A stretch of DNA of 64,000 nucleotides. Origin: Sedimentisphaerales bacterium (lineage in GTDB: Bacteria > Planctomycetota > Phycisphaerae > Sedimentisphaerales > SM23-30). The notes below the pieces were generated by a model that made no database searches, was not told the DNA's origin, and saw only the letters and a program-made list of their open reading frames with translations. How positions within the stretch are numbered: position 1 is the stretch's first letter; the number at the start of each line of letters is the position of its first letter. A program made the position numbers and the translations under genes. Shown here piece by piece: positions 1-11,800 of this stretch. The DNA lies in assembly GCA_963666285.1 (NCBI GenBank), contig OY762711.1. One strand, 5' to 3'.

Positions 1-863
1 CATGTATACAGCAGGTCGCGGTATTCGGACAGTTCTGCCGGGATATTGTTCAGTTCCACCTTGTTTAGCATTTTCTGCCATGCCTTGTCGGCATTGCTGC
101 GAGCTTCATCAAAATCCCAGCCCGGGATATCCATATCCGTTTCCGCTATTGCCTGGTCGATACTGATAGGTGATAGTCCAACCTTAATCTGGATAACAGT
201 TTTCTTTTCAGGGGCGTTAAACTTACACCATACCGCTTTTTCATCGGTTTCATGGCCGGTCATTGGTGTGTCAAAGCGAATAGCATAATACAATTTGAAA
301 TATCCATGACCGCAAACGTTACCGGCTTTAACAATTCCTGTAATAAGGTCAGGCTCCTGAATTTTCCAGTTACATTCTTTTATCCCCGCTAAACTTTTAC
401 TTGGGTCAACACGGATAAATATATTTTCTTCTGATGGTGGGAATGTATATTTATGGAAACCTACTCTAACAGAAGCTGTCAGGTCTGCTCTTATTCCATT
501 ATTAAATGTAATACCATAGTAGCCGGGACTGCCGGATTCGGAAGATTTATCGGCTATGTCATATTTTACTTTACCTAATGCCGGTTTGATCCTGACTGTA
601 TCTCCGGCACCGCCGCAGCCTACACCGCCCACGCGAGTGTGCGAGAAGCCTTTGAATGAGTCATTGGCATAATTATATCCGGTGTGGTTGCTACTATGTG
701 TGTCTGGTCCAAGTTGTACCAGGCCAAATGGCATCGCGGCACCCGGGTGAAGCTGTCCGTTATCGTTTTGAGTGCCGACGAAGACATCGACATAGTCGGT
801 AACTGCTGCATATGAGAAAGAGACATAAAATAGCATCAGTACAATACAAATTTTTCGTAACAT
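1..863 (-). CDS. GH92 family glycoside hydrolase (alpha-1,2-mannosidase-like), secreted; 5' part only, runs off the window start
   Basis: Not in the ORF track. Translated by hand from the ATG at 863: MLRKICIVLMLFYVSFSYAAVTDYVDVFVGTQNDNGQLHPGAAMPFGLVQLGPDT, a signal peptide followed by the typical GH92 N-terminal 'V.pfiGT....g..PGA..PFG.vQlgPDT' motif. Confidence 0.85.
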   Translation of the reverse strand, partial: MLRKICIVLMLFYVSFSYAAVTDYVDVFVGTQNDNGQLHPGAAMPFGLVQLGPDTHSSNHTGYNYANDSFKGFSHTRVGGVGCGGAGDTVRIKPALGKVKYDIADKSSESGSPGYYGITFNNGIRADLTASVRVGFHKYTFPPSEENIFIRVDPSKSLAGIKECNWKIQEPDLITGIVKAGNVCGHGYFKLYYAIRFDTPMTGHETDEKAVWCKFNAPEKKTVIQIKVGLSPISIDQAIAETDMDIPGWDFDEARSNADKAWQKMLNKVELNNIPAELSEYRDLLYT

Positions 864-1019
864 TTCAAATCCTTGCTATTAGTGGTTAATAATCAGTTTG
901 TTATGTTGCATTTGCCAAATAATTAACAAACTTAAATTTTAGTTAAAATGTCAATTATTTCAATGTTTTTTTGAGAAGGGGGATGAGATTGCATTGTGGT
1001 ATCAATAACATAGATACAG

Positions 1020-3047
1020 CTATAGCCTTTTTACTGCGATCATGGTTATGTCGTCTGTACGCGGGTGGTTGTCACAAAATGTTTCAACATCTTCGAGAAT
1101 CTTGTTTACAATTTCCTGGGCCGACAGATCTTTATATTTCTTAATAGCGTTGTATAGCCTGTTTTTACCGAACATTTCACCGTAGTCGTTATGTGCTTCC
1201 CATATACCGTCTGTTCCTATTAGCATTATATCATCGCTGTTCAGGCTTACCGGTCCGCCGGTATGATATTCTGCTTCCTCGTAAACTCCCAGCAGCATGC
1301 CTGTATTTTCCAGCTCGATTATTTTGTCTGTTGCAGGCTGGTATATTATCGCAGGGTCATGCCCGCCGGCAGTCCAGTATATATCAGAATTGTCAGGGCT
1401 GAGCACGCACATGAACAAGGTCATAAATCTCATGCCGTTTGTATCGTTGAGAAAATGTTTATTAAAGTTTGTCAGCAAACTGGCCAGGTCGCTGCAGCAG
1501 TAAGAGGTTAGAGATCTTATCAGCGAGCGGGCCGATACCATTAGTAATGCTGCAGGTATGCCGTGGCCGGTTACGTCACCCAGTGCCAGCAGAATCCGGC
1601 CACTGCCGTCATTTGCTACCACATAGTCGAAATAGTCACCGCCGGTCTCGTCACAATAGCTGCAAAGCCCGGCAATGTCATAGCCCGGTATCGTCGGGCA
1701 GTCTGTCGGCAGCAGATTTTTCTGTATTGTCTGGGCCAGTACCAGGTTGTTTCTCATGGTCTGTCGTTCTTTCAGGTGAGGGCCGATCTGGTTAAATACT
1801 TCACCCAGGGCCTGCAGCTCGTCACCGGTATTGATATCTACCTGTATGTCGAAATTACCGTTGCTGAGTTTGACTCCGGCATCAGCTATTTTTTGGACCG
1901 GTTCGGTGACCGTTCTGGCACGGGTTATGGCAAAGAAAAATGCTGCCATAACAGCTAATACCACCGTGGCACTGGCAACCGAGAAGGATAAAGTACCCTT
2001 TTTGAATATTTCGTCGCGTACTCGTTCAGCAGCTTCGATAATATTTTCGTACGGTATCACCAGCAGTACCGCTGAATCTTTCTTTGATCCGGGATGATAT
2101 ATCCATAAACTGTCCTTAGAGTTGTGAAGAGCACGTAATATACCGCTGCGGCCATTTTTTATGTCATCATGGATTTGTTTGCATGCTTTCTGTTCAATTC
2201 CGAAAGTTTCCTCGATCGTATTGAGATCCTGCCATCCTTTTACTTTTTCATTTTTCTTGTCTGTTAGCACCGTCAATTGTTCAGCATCCAGTTCTGGATT
2301 ATATCGTAAAGCGATGATCGCTTTCTCTGAGTTTTTTGTCCAGAGCGGGTTGATGTCAAAACCTTCAAATATGCCTGCAATAGAAATTTCCAGCGCTGTA
2401 ACGCCCAATATATTGCCTTTTTCATCTCTTACCGCATATGCTGTATAAAAGACCGGTTGATCTGTAATCACGTCACCGCTTGGTTCTGCATATTCAAGCT
2501 CATAGGAGTTTATCGCCGCCTGATACCATTTAAGCTGTTTTGCATTAATATTCTTTCTATTATCAAGCTTCCGGTCATAAGGAAATATTGAAGCTGCACC
2601 GTTTTCCAGGACGGTCAAATATCGTAGAACAAAATTATTATCAAAGTTGTTGTGTTGATAGATATCTATCATGTACCTCAAAATACATTCAGATCTGATC
2701 TTTTCTTCTTCGGATAAATGGTCTGGTAAAATGTAATTCTGAACCTTTGATACGTCATGTTCCGGCACCGCCGGGATATTTTCCCTTCCGCATGATCTTA
2801 TCAGGCCGTTTGCTTGAATATAGATACTTTCTTCAACAAGCTTTTGCATGATCTTGTTTTTTTCGGTAAAGCTTACCATCTGGGCACGTATTGTTGTTTC
2901 TGCCTGAGTTTTTAGCCTCTGTTCCAGGTCGTTATTTATGATCCGGGCCATATTTCCCATGGAAAGATGGTAAATGAGTGCTACTATCAATGCAGGGGTA
3001 ACCGAAATTGCAAGAAGGAGAATTGTTAGTTTTTTTCTTAACGTCAT
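1020..3047 (-). CDS. Membrane sensor phosphatase: Cache-like periplasmic domain + HAMP + SpoIIE/PP2C (RsbU-like)
   Basis: Two TM segments, HAMP (…TGDELQALGEVFNQI), PP2C motifs GGDYFD, LGDVTGHG, GTDGIWEA and DDITMI. Confidence 0.9.
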   Translation of the reverse strand: MTLRKKLTILLLAISVTPALIVALIYHLSMGNMARIINNDLEQRLKTQAETTIRAQMVSFTEKNKIMQKLVEESIYIQANGLIRSCGRENIPAVPEHDVSKVQNYILPDHLSEEEKIRSECILRYMIDIYQHNNFDNNFVLRYLTVLENGAASIFPYDRKLDNRKNINAKQLKWYQAAINSYELEYAEPSGDVITDQPVFYTAYAVRDEKGNILGVTALEISIAGIFEGFDINPLWTKNSEKAIIALRYNPELDAEQLTVLTDKKNEKVKGWQDLNTIEETFGIEQKACKQIHDDIKNGRSGILRALHNSKDSLWIYHPGSKKDSAVLLVIPYENIIEAAERVRDEIFKKGTLSFSVASATVVLAVMAAFFFAITRARTVTEPVQKIADAGVKLSNGNFDIQVDINTGDELQALGEVFNQIGPHLKERQTMRNNLVLAQTIQKNLLPTDCPTIPGYDIAGLCSYCDETGGDYFDYVVANDGSGRILLALGDVTGHGIPAALLMVSARSLIRSLTSYCCSDLASLLTNFNKHFLNDTNGMRFMTLFMCVLSPDNSDIYWTAGGHDPAIIYQPATDKIIELENTGMLLGVYEEAEYHTGGPVSLNSDDIMLIGTDGIWEAHNDYGEMFGKNRLYNAIKKYKDLSAQEIVNKILEDVETFCDNHPRTDDITMIAVKRL

Positions 3048-3124
3048 TATTTGCAGTTCGTTAAAGTGTAGTTTGATAACCTGGCATTTCTCAGGTCCGG
3101 CTGCTGTATGCCATCAAATTATAT

Positions 3125-3919
3125 TCACTCCCAGCTGAGCGGGTCAAGCTGATAATAGTCTTTGAGCTCATTATAAAGCTCCGGCTGTTTGCGTGACATT
3201 TGCCTTGGCTTTTCAAAGAAAGTTTCTGTAGCAACTGCAAAAAATTCAGCCGGGTTAGTTGCTCCATATTTATTCATCAGGGTTTTACGACCTTTATCAC
3301 ATTTTCTCAGCATTCTCTGGTATTCGCTGCCGAGTACCCGTGCCCAGCTGGTATATTTGCCGGAGTTGGCAAGTATCGGTGCTCCATCGGCATCGCCGTC
3401 TTCCTGGTCCAGTCGATGAGAAAATTCATGGAATACAACATTCTGACCATCGCGGATATCTTTTGCGCCCCGCATTACATTGTCCCAGCTCAGTACTACC
3501 GGCCCGTTCTGCCATGATTCACCCAGGGTTATGCCAACCTGGTCTTTATCCTGCTTGTATGCATGAGGGTATACCAGTATGGTATGCAGCTTAGGGTAAT
3601 AGTTGGTAGGGCGGTTCAGCAGCAGTATGCACGCCTGGGCGGCAACTGTCACTCGAATCTCATCGGTTATCTCCTGACCGCCGCAGCCTTCGAATAGTTT
3701 CTCGTCCAGGAATATATTGATCAATCCGTGCAGCTGCGGTTTCAATTCCTCCGGCAGTTTCTGATAATATGGAATATTCTGTTTTATATATCCGATATAC
3801 TCTTCAGGTAGCGACTGTTTCATTAGTTCCGCTCTGCGAGCTTTACGCTTAATATTTTTATAATAGAAAAATCCAACTATAGAAATAACTGCTATTGATA
3901 ATCCGACAAAATAGATCAT
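3125..3919 (-). CDS. MtfA-like zinc-dependent peptidase (M90 family)
   Basis: IRVTVAAQACILLL, GESW..GPVVLSW, HEFSHRLD (HExxH) and YGATNPAEFFAVATETFFE motifs. Confidence 0.9.
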   Translation of the reverse strand: MIYFVGLSIAVISIVGFFYYKNIKRKARRAELMKQSLPEEYIGYIKQNIPYYQKLPEELKPQLHGLINIFLDEKLFEGCGGQEITDEIRVTVAAQACILLLNRPTNYYPKLHTILVYPHAYKQDKDQVGITLGESWQNGPVVLSWDNVMRGAKDIRDGQNVVFHEFSHRLDQEDGDADGAPILANSGKYTSWARVLGSEYQRMLRKCDKGRKTLMNKYGATNPAEFFAVATETFFEKPRQMSRKQPELYNELKDYYQLDPLSWE

Positions 3920-3929
3920 TGTAAACTTC

Positions 3930-4496
3930 TCATTTTTGCTGTTTTTTGGCTAATTGACCGGCAATATTTTTAACTCTTTTGTTTGCCCCGTGTTCTGTAA
4001 ACCATAAAATATGTTCAAGTGTAAGGTCTGGGAGTTCTAATACATATTCATGAATGGTAAAGTCTTTTGTATTCTTAATTTCTTCAAAAACGTCATTTGT
4101 AAGACCTTGTTGATTGATTTTACGTTTTAAAATTGTTCTCAGGTAACATTGATTAATCGGATCGTTCTGAACGTCATTATACCCGGAGATACTTTGCAGT
4201 TGACTATCACTTAAGAGGTTTGAGTATATTAGTTCAATAATTCGACATGTGTGAAGACTGAATGCTTCTGAGCCTTCTTCCTTAAGTTGGAATATGTTGT
4301 CGATTTCCTGGTCTGTAAGTCTGTTTTTACTTTCGAGATAATCGGTAAAGGCTGCACTGCGATAATGTTCAGGGTTATTGTCTGCTGAATTATTGATTTT
4401 GTCATACTGCTTGAGCAAATAATCTTCTGTGATAATTCCAAAATCCAGCCACTTGTTTGTATAACCTAATTTTTTTATAGCTTTTTCCAGTTTCAT
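3930..4496 (-). CDS. Hypothetical protein (AT-rich, 188 aa)
   Basis: ORF with a plausible start, ending 10 bp before the MtfA-like gene; no motif recognised. Confidence 0.65.
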   Translation of the reverse strand: MKLEKAIKKLGYTNKWLDFGIITEDYLLKQYDKINNSADNNPEHYRSAAFTDYLESKNRLTDQEIDNIFQLKEEGSEAFSLHTCRIIELIYSNLLSDSQLQSISGYNDVQNDPINQCYLRTILKRKINQQGLTNDVFEEIKNTKDFTIHEYVLELPDLTLEHILWFTEHGANKRVKNIAGQLAKKQQK

Positions 4497-4568
4497 GCAA
4501 GAGTATTTCCTTTCACATGGCTATAAATATATCATCTTAATAAGGTTATTCCAAGATATAAATAGTTA

Positions 4569-4615
4569 ACTTTCAGACTTTTCAAGCTGCAAAAACCGCC
4601 TAAAATGGCCTTCCT
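4569..4615 (+). repeat. Dispersed intergenic repeat (MITE-like family), partial left part
   Basis: ACTTTCAGACTTTTCAAGCTGCAAAAACCGCCTAAAATGGCCTTCCT aligns with the copies at about 23640, 35470 and 37977. Confidence 0.75.
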
Positions 4616-4657
4616 ATTGCATAGCATACACATATAGGAATCAATTCTTCTCGAAAT

Positions 4658-4695
4658 AAAAAAGGTTATATAACCAATTTCGGCTATATAACCTT
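4658..4695 (-). terminator. Intrinsic terminator after the GH127 gene
   Basis: Stem AAGGTTATATA…TATATAACCTT preceded by an A-run (U-tract on the minus strand). Confidence 0.65.
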
Positions 4696-4727
4696 AACAA
4701 AATAACTTTCGTTATGAAGGATCAGTT

Positions 4728-7268
4728 TTAGTTGATCTGCCACTCCAATATACCGCCTGAGTAATTATTCTGCAGTTTAACGGTTATTCTTAATGAAGTA
4801 GTTTTTACTTTTTTGAATTTCACTACATTAAACTTATCAGCAGCAACTCCATAACTGTCTGTGGTTGAGACATCCACCCACGATCCGTCTTTCAGATATT
4901 GAAGCTTCCAGCTTACCGGTATCCGGCATTCACCTTTTCCGGTATCATCAAACCAGTAGACTCCGGCTTTTGATATCTCCATAGGCTTTTCAAAGGTGTA
5001 CTGCACCCATTCGTTTGTTCCCTTATGGTCCCAGAATGTCATTCTTGGGATGGAATGGTCGCCCGAACTTGACGGTACCTTCTGGTCGCACATTGCCGCT
5101 GTACTATCGCTGCCCCAGCATTGTGATGCAGTCGGGTTATATTTCAGCGGTTCCTGCCATTTTACGGCATCAGCTCCGTTTCCAATTGTCGGAAATGCAC
5201 TTATTCTTAACCTGGCAGCACCCAGGGGAACCAGTTTTACAGTTTCAACCGGTTCATCAGATTTTGCCGGACTGTCCTGCAGTACTCCGCAAAGCCCGTT
5301 TTTATCTACTGTCCATTCAGGAATTTTTTTAGCTTTGACTGTCATCTCTATTGGTGCTGCATCGGGCGTAAATGGATAATTATCAGTTGGCCATGCCTTA
5401 TGCTTGATTGCAAACGATGCGGCTGGATTTGTATTGTTCAGAACCAGCCCGTAATTCCACGCACTACCCGGTAATATTTCATATGATGGCCATTTTGTTG
5501 TGTCCAGGCTGCTTTGCCATTTCGAATCACCTAGAATTGTATCAGGGCTTGGAAACTCAACATAGTCTTCTTTGATTTTCAATGAGAATGTCAGCGGCCC
5601 GTAATCGACACTAACGCTATTGTGATTCTTAGCCCACTTTGTAGTCTTGATTTCCATCGGCAGGCTAAGCGTTACGGTATCTCCGCTGTGCCAGGTACGT
5701 TTCAACTTAATATATTTGCCTGCTTCAGCAGCGACTGAAACCGGCTTGCCGTTTACTGTTACTTCAGCATTATCACACCAGTTTGGAATTCTCATATATA
5801 GCGGAAATGCAACCGGGGCAGCGCTTGAGATGTTAAACTTAACCTGCTGTTCAAATGGGTACTTTGTTTCTTCTGAAATTGATATTTCCGAACCATTACC
5901 AACTTTTGCTGTAACTTTGCTGGCTGTGTACATTGTTGCACACAGTCCGTTATCCGGCGTAGCTGTCCAGAGGTTTTCAACATAATAGGGCCATCCGTGG
6001 GAATGGTTGTGCTGACAGCATCTGTGGCTCAACGGGTTCATCATCAAAAACGGGCCGGCATTCTGGATACCCGGAGCATGGTTATGCCTGTCAGATGAGA
6101 TCATATTTGGTGCTGTGAAATATCGCAAAGCTTTCATGTCTGGTGTTAATGCGGCCGGCAGCATATTAAATGCGATATTTTCGCAATGGTCAGCCCAGAA
6201 AGTGTCGCCGGTAATAAGTGTGAGCATTTCATCTGAAAGCATTTGCTCTACCAGTCCGCAGGTCTCGATCGCCTGATGCGGGTCGTCATAGCCCGGCCGG
6301 CAGTTCTCATCTGAGCCGAACATCCCGCCCGGCACCTGGCCGTACATTTCGCGGATTATATCGAAATCATCATAGGTAGCCTGCAGGTCAGATGGGTTAT
6401 GGCTTTGCATATAATAAGTTGCTGGTTCACGGAAGCCCTGGGCAATATTAACATTATGCCAGTTGGGCAGGGTATTGTCCATTTTCCAGTTGGCAGTGTT
6501 TCTGTGCATTTTTTCAGCTAGTTCCAGCAGCCACTTTTCGCCTGTATGATTATACAGCCAGTATATACTGTACAGGTTGTCACCGCCCCTGAGATATTGC
6601 CAGTATCCGGTTAGCATCTTCGAATCCGGAACTGTCAGCTGGTATCGGAAGTAATCTGTCATCAGTTCAATTACTCGCTGGTCTTTAGAATATTCATAAT
6701 AAGACTGCAAACAAAACAGCATGACCATATTGGCCCAGTAGTCGCGTCCGCCGTCAACATTATACAAGGGACCGAAATCACCGTTTTTATGACGGCAGTT
6801 TAGTGTACCTTCAATCCATTTCTTCGCGGTTTTGATTATCTTTTCATCTTTCAGGATATAGCCCATATTGGCATAACCTTTCAGCCAGTAGGGCACCTCT
6901 TCCCAGCCCCATTTACCTTTACCATTTTCTGACAGCCAGGCATTGTCTTCTTCCTGGAGCCAGGCACTTATCTCGTGCAGATGACCGTTCATACCGTTTT
7001 TCTGACGATTTAGTATCTCCAGCAGCCATCCTTTAGGCTCAACTGCGCCAACTGGGAGCTTTACCAGTGCGTTGGGCTTCAGCGGAGCCCTGTTGCTTAC
7101 ATAAAAACTGTTTATGCTGCTCATATCAGGTGTTTCAACTATAGAAGCTTCTGTTGTATTGGTATTGGATTTATTTGAATCAGCAGATATGCCGCATCCG
7201 ATCACAAGAAGCAGAACAAGAGAAATAACAAAGGTGGAAAATACTTTTTTGTTCATGTTGGTCCTCAT
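4728..7268 (-). CDS. GH127/GH146-type beta-L-arabinofuranosidase-like lipoprotein with a C-terminal F5/8 (discoidin)-like domain; probable start at 7256
   Basis: WEEVPYW, IETCGLVE, RCCQHNHSHGWP and LYMRIPNW motifs; lipobox LVIGC; C-terminal 'EWVQYTF…VYWFDD…GILEW' discoidin-like module. Confidence 0.85.
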   Translation of the reverse strand: MRTNMNKKVFSTFVISLVLLLVIGCGISADSNKSNTNTTEASIVETPDMSSINSFYVSNRAPLKPNALVKLPVGAVEPKGWLLEILNRQKNGMNGHLHEISAWLQEEDNAWLSENGKGKWGWEEVPYWLKGYANMGYILKDEKIIKTAKKWIEGTLNCRHKNGDFGPLYNVDGGRDYWANMVMLFCLQSYYEYSKDQRVIELMTDYFRYQLTVPDSKMLTGYWQYLRGGDNLYSIYWLYNHTGEKWLLELAEKMHRNTANWKMDNTLPNWHNVNIAQGFREPATYYMQSHNPSDLQATYDDFDIIREMYGQVPGGMFGSDENCRPGYDDPHQAIETCGLVEQMLSDEMLTLITGDTFWADHCENIAFNMLPAALTPDMKALRYFTAPNMISSDRHNHAPGIQNAGPFLMMNPLSHRCCQHNHSHGWPYYVENLWTATPDNGLCATMYTASKVTAKVGNGSEISISEETKYPFEQQVKFNISSAAPVAFPLYMRIPNWCDNAEVTVNGKPVSVAAEAGKYIKLKRTWHSGDTVTLSLPMEIKTTKWAKNHNSVSVDYGPLTFSLKIKEDYVEFPSPDTILGDSKWQSSLDTTKWPSYEILPGSAWNYGLVLNNTNPAASFAIKHKAWPTDNYPFTPDAAPIEMTVKAKKIPEWTVDKNGLCGVLQDSPAKSDEPVETVKLVPLGAARLRISAFPTIGNGADAVKWQEPLKYNPTASQCWGSDSTAAMCDQKVPSSSGDHSIPRMTFWDHKGTNEWVQYTFEKPMEISKAGVYWFDDTGKGECRIPVSWKLQYLKDGSWVDVSTTDSYGVAADKFNVVKFKKVKTTSLRITVKLQNNYSGGILEWQIN

Positions 7269-7527
7269 TTAGTTAGAAGGTGTTTTAACATAAATGTATT
7301 ACTAATAGTTTCTTACATTGTCAATTATATGTTTCGTGTTAATATTGTCTTTGGATTGGAAAGTGGTTTTATTCCGTAAATATTTAGATTTTATGAATGT
7401 GAAGAACTATAATTATCTGCAAGGTGCATATATGTATATAGTGACAAATAACTACTTTACAATGTCATTTATAGTACAATCTTAAACAAAAAAAGTAAAA
7501 AAATTTTTAGATATTGGTTATTCGGAA

Positions 7528-8829
7528 ATGCCTATGAAGATATTGTTTATTACTCCTGGTTCCGGCGATAATTTTTATTGTGAAAACTGTATGCGTGACA
7601 GGGTACTAGTAAAGGCGCTGGGTCGTACAGGCAATGATGTAATGTTTATGCCTCTGTATCTGCCAGTAGAGCTGGATTCCAAGCCGCAAGAAGTACAGGT
7701 TGAGCCGATATTTTTTGGTGGGATAAATGTCTATCTCGAACAAAAGCTTGCATTTTTCAGATGGACACCGCGTTGGTTTAATAATTTGTTCGATAGTCGA
7801 AAACTTTTGGATATGGCCGCTAAAAAGGCCGGCATGACCGATCCGTCCGGACTGGGTGATATGACATTGTCTATGCTTCAGGGCAAACACGGCAAGCAGG
7901 CACGCGAGCTCAGTAAACTTATCGACTGGCTCAAAGAACCCGGCAATAAACCGGATATCGTCTGTTTGTCCAATGCTCTACTAAATGGTATTGCACCTGC
8001 GATTGTAAACGAACTTGGTGTCAAAGTAGTGTGCTTTCTGCAGGATGAAGATGGTTTTATCGATTCACTTGGCGAATTTGTTGAACCGGTATGGCGGCAA
8101 ATGAATGCTAATAGCCGGTACATTAAGCAATATATAGCGGTTAGTAAGTTTTACGCCGGTCTTATGCAGCAGAAAATGTCGCTGGCTGATGATAAGATCA
8201 GCTATTGCTATAGCGGGGTAGAGCTTGACGATTATAGTAATGTTACAGTTAAGAACGATGGCCCTCTCACAATAGGGTATTTGTCACGCATATGCAAGAG
8301 CAAAGGTTTTGATGTTCTGGTAAATACTTTTGTCGAGCTAAAAAAACATGATAAGCTAAAGGACCTGCGGCTTATGGTTAGCGGCGGGTCTATTGGCGAT
8401 GATGAATTCATTCAGCAGCAGAAGCAGCTTCTTGATAAAAACGGTGTATTGGACGACGTTATATTTGTTGATGACTTTGTTGATCTGGCTGACAGGCTAG
8501 AATTCTTTTCTTCCATAGATGTTATCTGTGTGCCGGAACAGGATGCGGTTGCTCATGGCAGGTATTTTATCGAAAGTTGTGTTGCCGGTGTTCCGGCGGT
8601 TTGCCCGGATACCGGTGTATTTCCTGAGCTGATAGATCTTACTCATTCCGGTTTGCTGTATAACCATAATAATGACGGTTCTTTGTTTGAGCGGCTGGAA
8701 CAGTTACTGACAGACAATGCATCGCGTTCAAATCTGGCCGCAAATGCCTTGGAAAATGCCGGGAAATATTTCAATATAGACAAAAACGCTGATTGCCTTA
8801 TAGAAATGTTTAAGGCCGCTTTGAGTTAA
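7528..8829 (+). CDS. Glycosyltransferase family 4 protein
   Basis: GT-B fold motifs IGYLSRICKSKG and E..G..FIESCVAGVP; N-terminal FYCENCMRD. Confidence 0.85.
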   Translation: MPMKILFITPGSGDNFYCENCMRDRVLVKALGRTGNDVMFMPLYLPVELDSKPQEVQVEPIFFGGINVYLEQKLAFFRWTPRWFNNLFDSRKLLDMAAKKAGMTDPSGLGDMTLSMLQGKHGKQARELSKLIDWLKEPGNKPDIVCLSNALLNGIAPAIVNELGVKVVCFLQDEDGFIDSLGEFVEPVWRQMNANSRYIKQYIAVSKFYAGLMQQKMSLADDKISYCYSGVELDDYSNVTVKNDGPLTIGYLSRICKSKGFDVLVNTFVELKKHDKLKDLRLMVSGGSIGDDEFIQQQKQLLDKNGVLDDVIFVDDFVDLADRLEFFSSIDVICVPEQDAVAHGRYFIESCVAGVPAVCPDTGVFPELIDLTHSGLLYNHNNDGSLFERLEQLLTDNASRSNLAANALENAGKYFNIDKNADCLIEMFKAALS

Positions 8830-8850
8830 ACGGTTAAAGAGCATCGAATT

Positions 8851-8885
8851 AAAAAAGGGAGGCTCGTAAATGAGTCTCCCTTTTT
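8851..8885. terminator. Bidirectional intrinsic terminator between convergent genes
   Basis: AAAAAAGGGAGGCTC-GTAAAT-GAGTCTCCCTTTTT. Confidence 0.85.
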
Positions 8886-8892
8886 AATTTCA

Positions 8893-11800
8893 TTATTCAT
8901 CTGTAGACCAGTAAACAAGTTCCCTTGTTTCTGTTGCGGTTCCTGACTCGCTGCCGTATCCCGGAATACCGGCTTTTGCGGTGGTCTTTGTGATACTTTT
9001 CACTATACCAATGTCTGGTATAATATAATATATAACTTTCTGAGATACATCCAGATTCATCGTGTAACCTTCAAAATAACCGGAAGAATCGATTGTCATA
9101 TCGAAAGTTACCATAATCGCATCTTGCTTTTCGCCGTTAAATTCAATAGATTTCACCCCGGCGATAGAACCCTTCGCTGAAGCCGTTCCATAAAGATCTA
9201 TACTGTAGTCTCCGTAACCGTATCCCAGGTATAGTTCAACTGTTCCGGTAAGCGAAGAAGTTGAGCCTTTTCCGGTACCGTCAAATACCAGCAGGTCATC
9301 GAAATCGATATCAATTGTGCCCATTTCAATTTCCTGGCCGAAGCCTTTCAGGTATGTACCGCTGGTTCCTTCCTCCCAATCATAATATTGGATAGCTTCT
9401 TCGTATTCATCTTGCTGATCAGTCACTAATGTTTCATTAACATAACCATCATTTGTATCTACATAAATGTTATAATTAGTGTTATTGAAATCGTAGCCGT
9501 ATAAGTAGCCCTTGCAGTATCCGGCATATTCCAGGCCGTTACTTCCGTTCAGCCCGGCAATTTCCATAAAGCTGCCGGCAAAACTTAGAGACTGCTCGTA
9601 TATCGTCTCGTTATTAGTTTCATCGGTTTCGTTTATGTCACCGCTTGCGTCAACTATTACGACAATTTCGTAATTACCGCCTGATATTGTCGATGGAACG
9701 TCCAGGTTGGCATTCAGCTTTTTAGCCTTGCCTGACACCAGGTTGCCTATATTGAAGTTTTCGATTCTGCCGGCAAAGATATCATCGCCGCCTTCAGTAG
9801 GACGCAGATAAAGTTCTACATCAATTTCCTGGGTTTTGTTCGTCGGAGTATTGCCAATATTGTTAATTTCAACAGGCACTTTCATCTTTGCTGACGCACC
9901 GGGCAGAATAACAGTCGCTGCCTTAATCTGGGCGATGCTGGCAGTGAGGTCAATAAACGGCTCGCTTATTGCCAGTTGTTTTCCTGTTGACTGTTCTACG
10001 GTGCTGCTTGCTGCATCGCCTACTACCGGAGTACTGGCAACCACTATCAGTTCATATGTGCCTTCAGTTGTGTTTGCCGGAACATCAATTTTGATGTTTG
10101 CTTTCTTGGATTTGCCTGGTTTCATATTGCCGGAACTAAGATCCACCTGGCCTACGGTATATTCTGCTTCTGAGTTGATTTCACGTGCTATTACTTTTAC
10201 TTCAGATGTTAGCTCTTTATCTGTTGTCATATTGCCGACGTTTGTTATTTCCGCCTGGACTGTACCCTTGACTGAAGTACCCGCGATAACGGCATCAGGT
10301 ACTTTTACTGAAGCGATTGCAATATCAAATCCGGTAAAACCGTCAGCTATTGTCATTGTGCCATTTGATTCTGTTGTGACGGCTGTATCATTACATGTTG
10401 CAGAAAATATGTATTCGCCTGCTGCCAGGTCGGCAGGTGTTTCCAGGTTGGCCTTAAGTGACTTGGCCTTTCCTGGTTTGAGTTTGCCAACATTCATAAT
10501 GATAGTATCCAGTAAAACCGGTTCGCTGTCCTGCTGACCGTTATCCGCATACACCAGAACTTCTACCTCAGCATCATCCGGGAATGTCTCACTGCTGCTG
10601 TTGCCAACTTTCAAACCAAGCTGTATTGCAGTGGATGTATTTGTGAATGCAGATGTCGGGTATTTGCATGATCCAAGCTCCAGGCTTATCGCCAGGTTTT
10701 CATCATCTACTCCGGGATCAGTAGTATTATCATCTTCAACCTTTACTCCGATACCGATACCAATTATGTCGTCGCGATCGAAGATTGAATATACAAATAT
10801 ATTACTGTCGACATTTAATGTGCCTTCTGTTTTATCACTATTGGAGTTGCTTTTTGAATTGAAATTACCGTTTGATGATATTGAAAATTTCCCGGTATCC
10901 TGATAATCTTCTGTACTGTATCCGTCACAGAAAGTTGATTCTATCAGGTAATTTCCTTTACTGTCAACTGTGAGCATTCCTCTGCTGGTATACGCACTGC
11001 CGGTACTATACTCATCTGTTGCATACTCCTGAACCAGCCAGGTGCCTTCCATGTCTGAGATCTTTTTATTCTTACCATTCTTAACAAAAAGATGAAAACC
11101 GGCTTCGTCTTCATCGTTGGACGGATCGAACAGAATTCCTCCATCGCAAATATACAGAGTGACATCATCTTCTTCCGTATCAATAAGTATTGCCGGTGTG
11201 CTGCTGTCAAGACTCCACGGGATGTTTGTTTCTGACTCTTTTTCTGAGCCGGAATCAATTTCTGTATATTCAAATGAGGCATTTAATTTACCAGATTTAA
11301 CATTAAGTGTTCCGATGCTTGCCTCTGATTCGAAATAAGAGTAGCCCTCATACCATATCCAGTAGCCGTATGCTTTATATTCTCCAATCAAGTCATCCTC
11401 TGTTGGATTTTCAGATTTTCTAACTTGCAGGGTTGTGCTGGTTATGTCACTACTGTCGTTTATCAGACTTACAGATTGTATTAAGTTTGAATTGCCGATA
11501 TATTTTGATGTGTTTTCATCATATGATTTTATATATATCCAGCCGTCAGAGTCTTTCCCTGCCGTTTCAATTTCCAATTGTTTTGATTCTGATGTATTGT
11601 TAAACACGTTTAAATCGATATAGCCGTTGTCAATAATACTTTCACCGAAGAGACTGTCATAATAAAGGTAATTCCTGTAATAATTCATCTCATAGAACCA
11701 GTATTCACCGTCAAGTTCAATTGTTTCAGTTAGCTCAACATCGGTATATGGGTCAGCTGTATCATTTGTTGTATCGTCTTCTGAATAAGTTACTACTGTT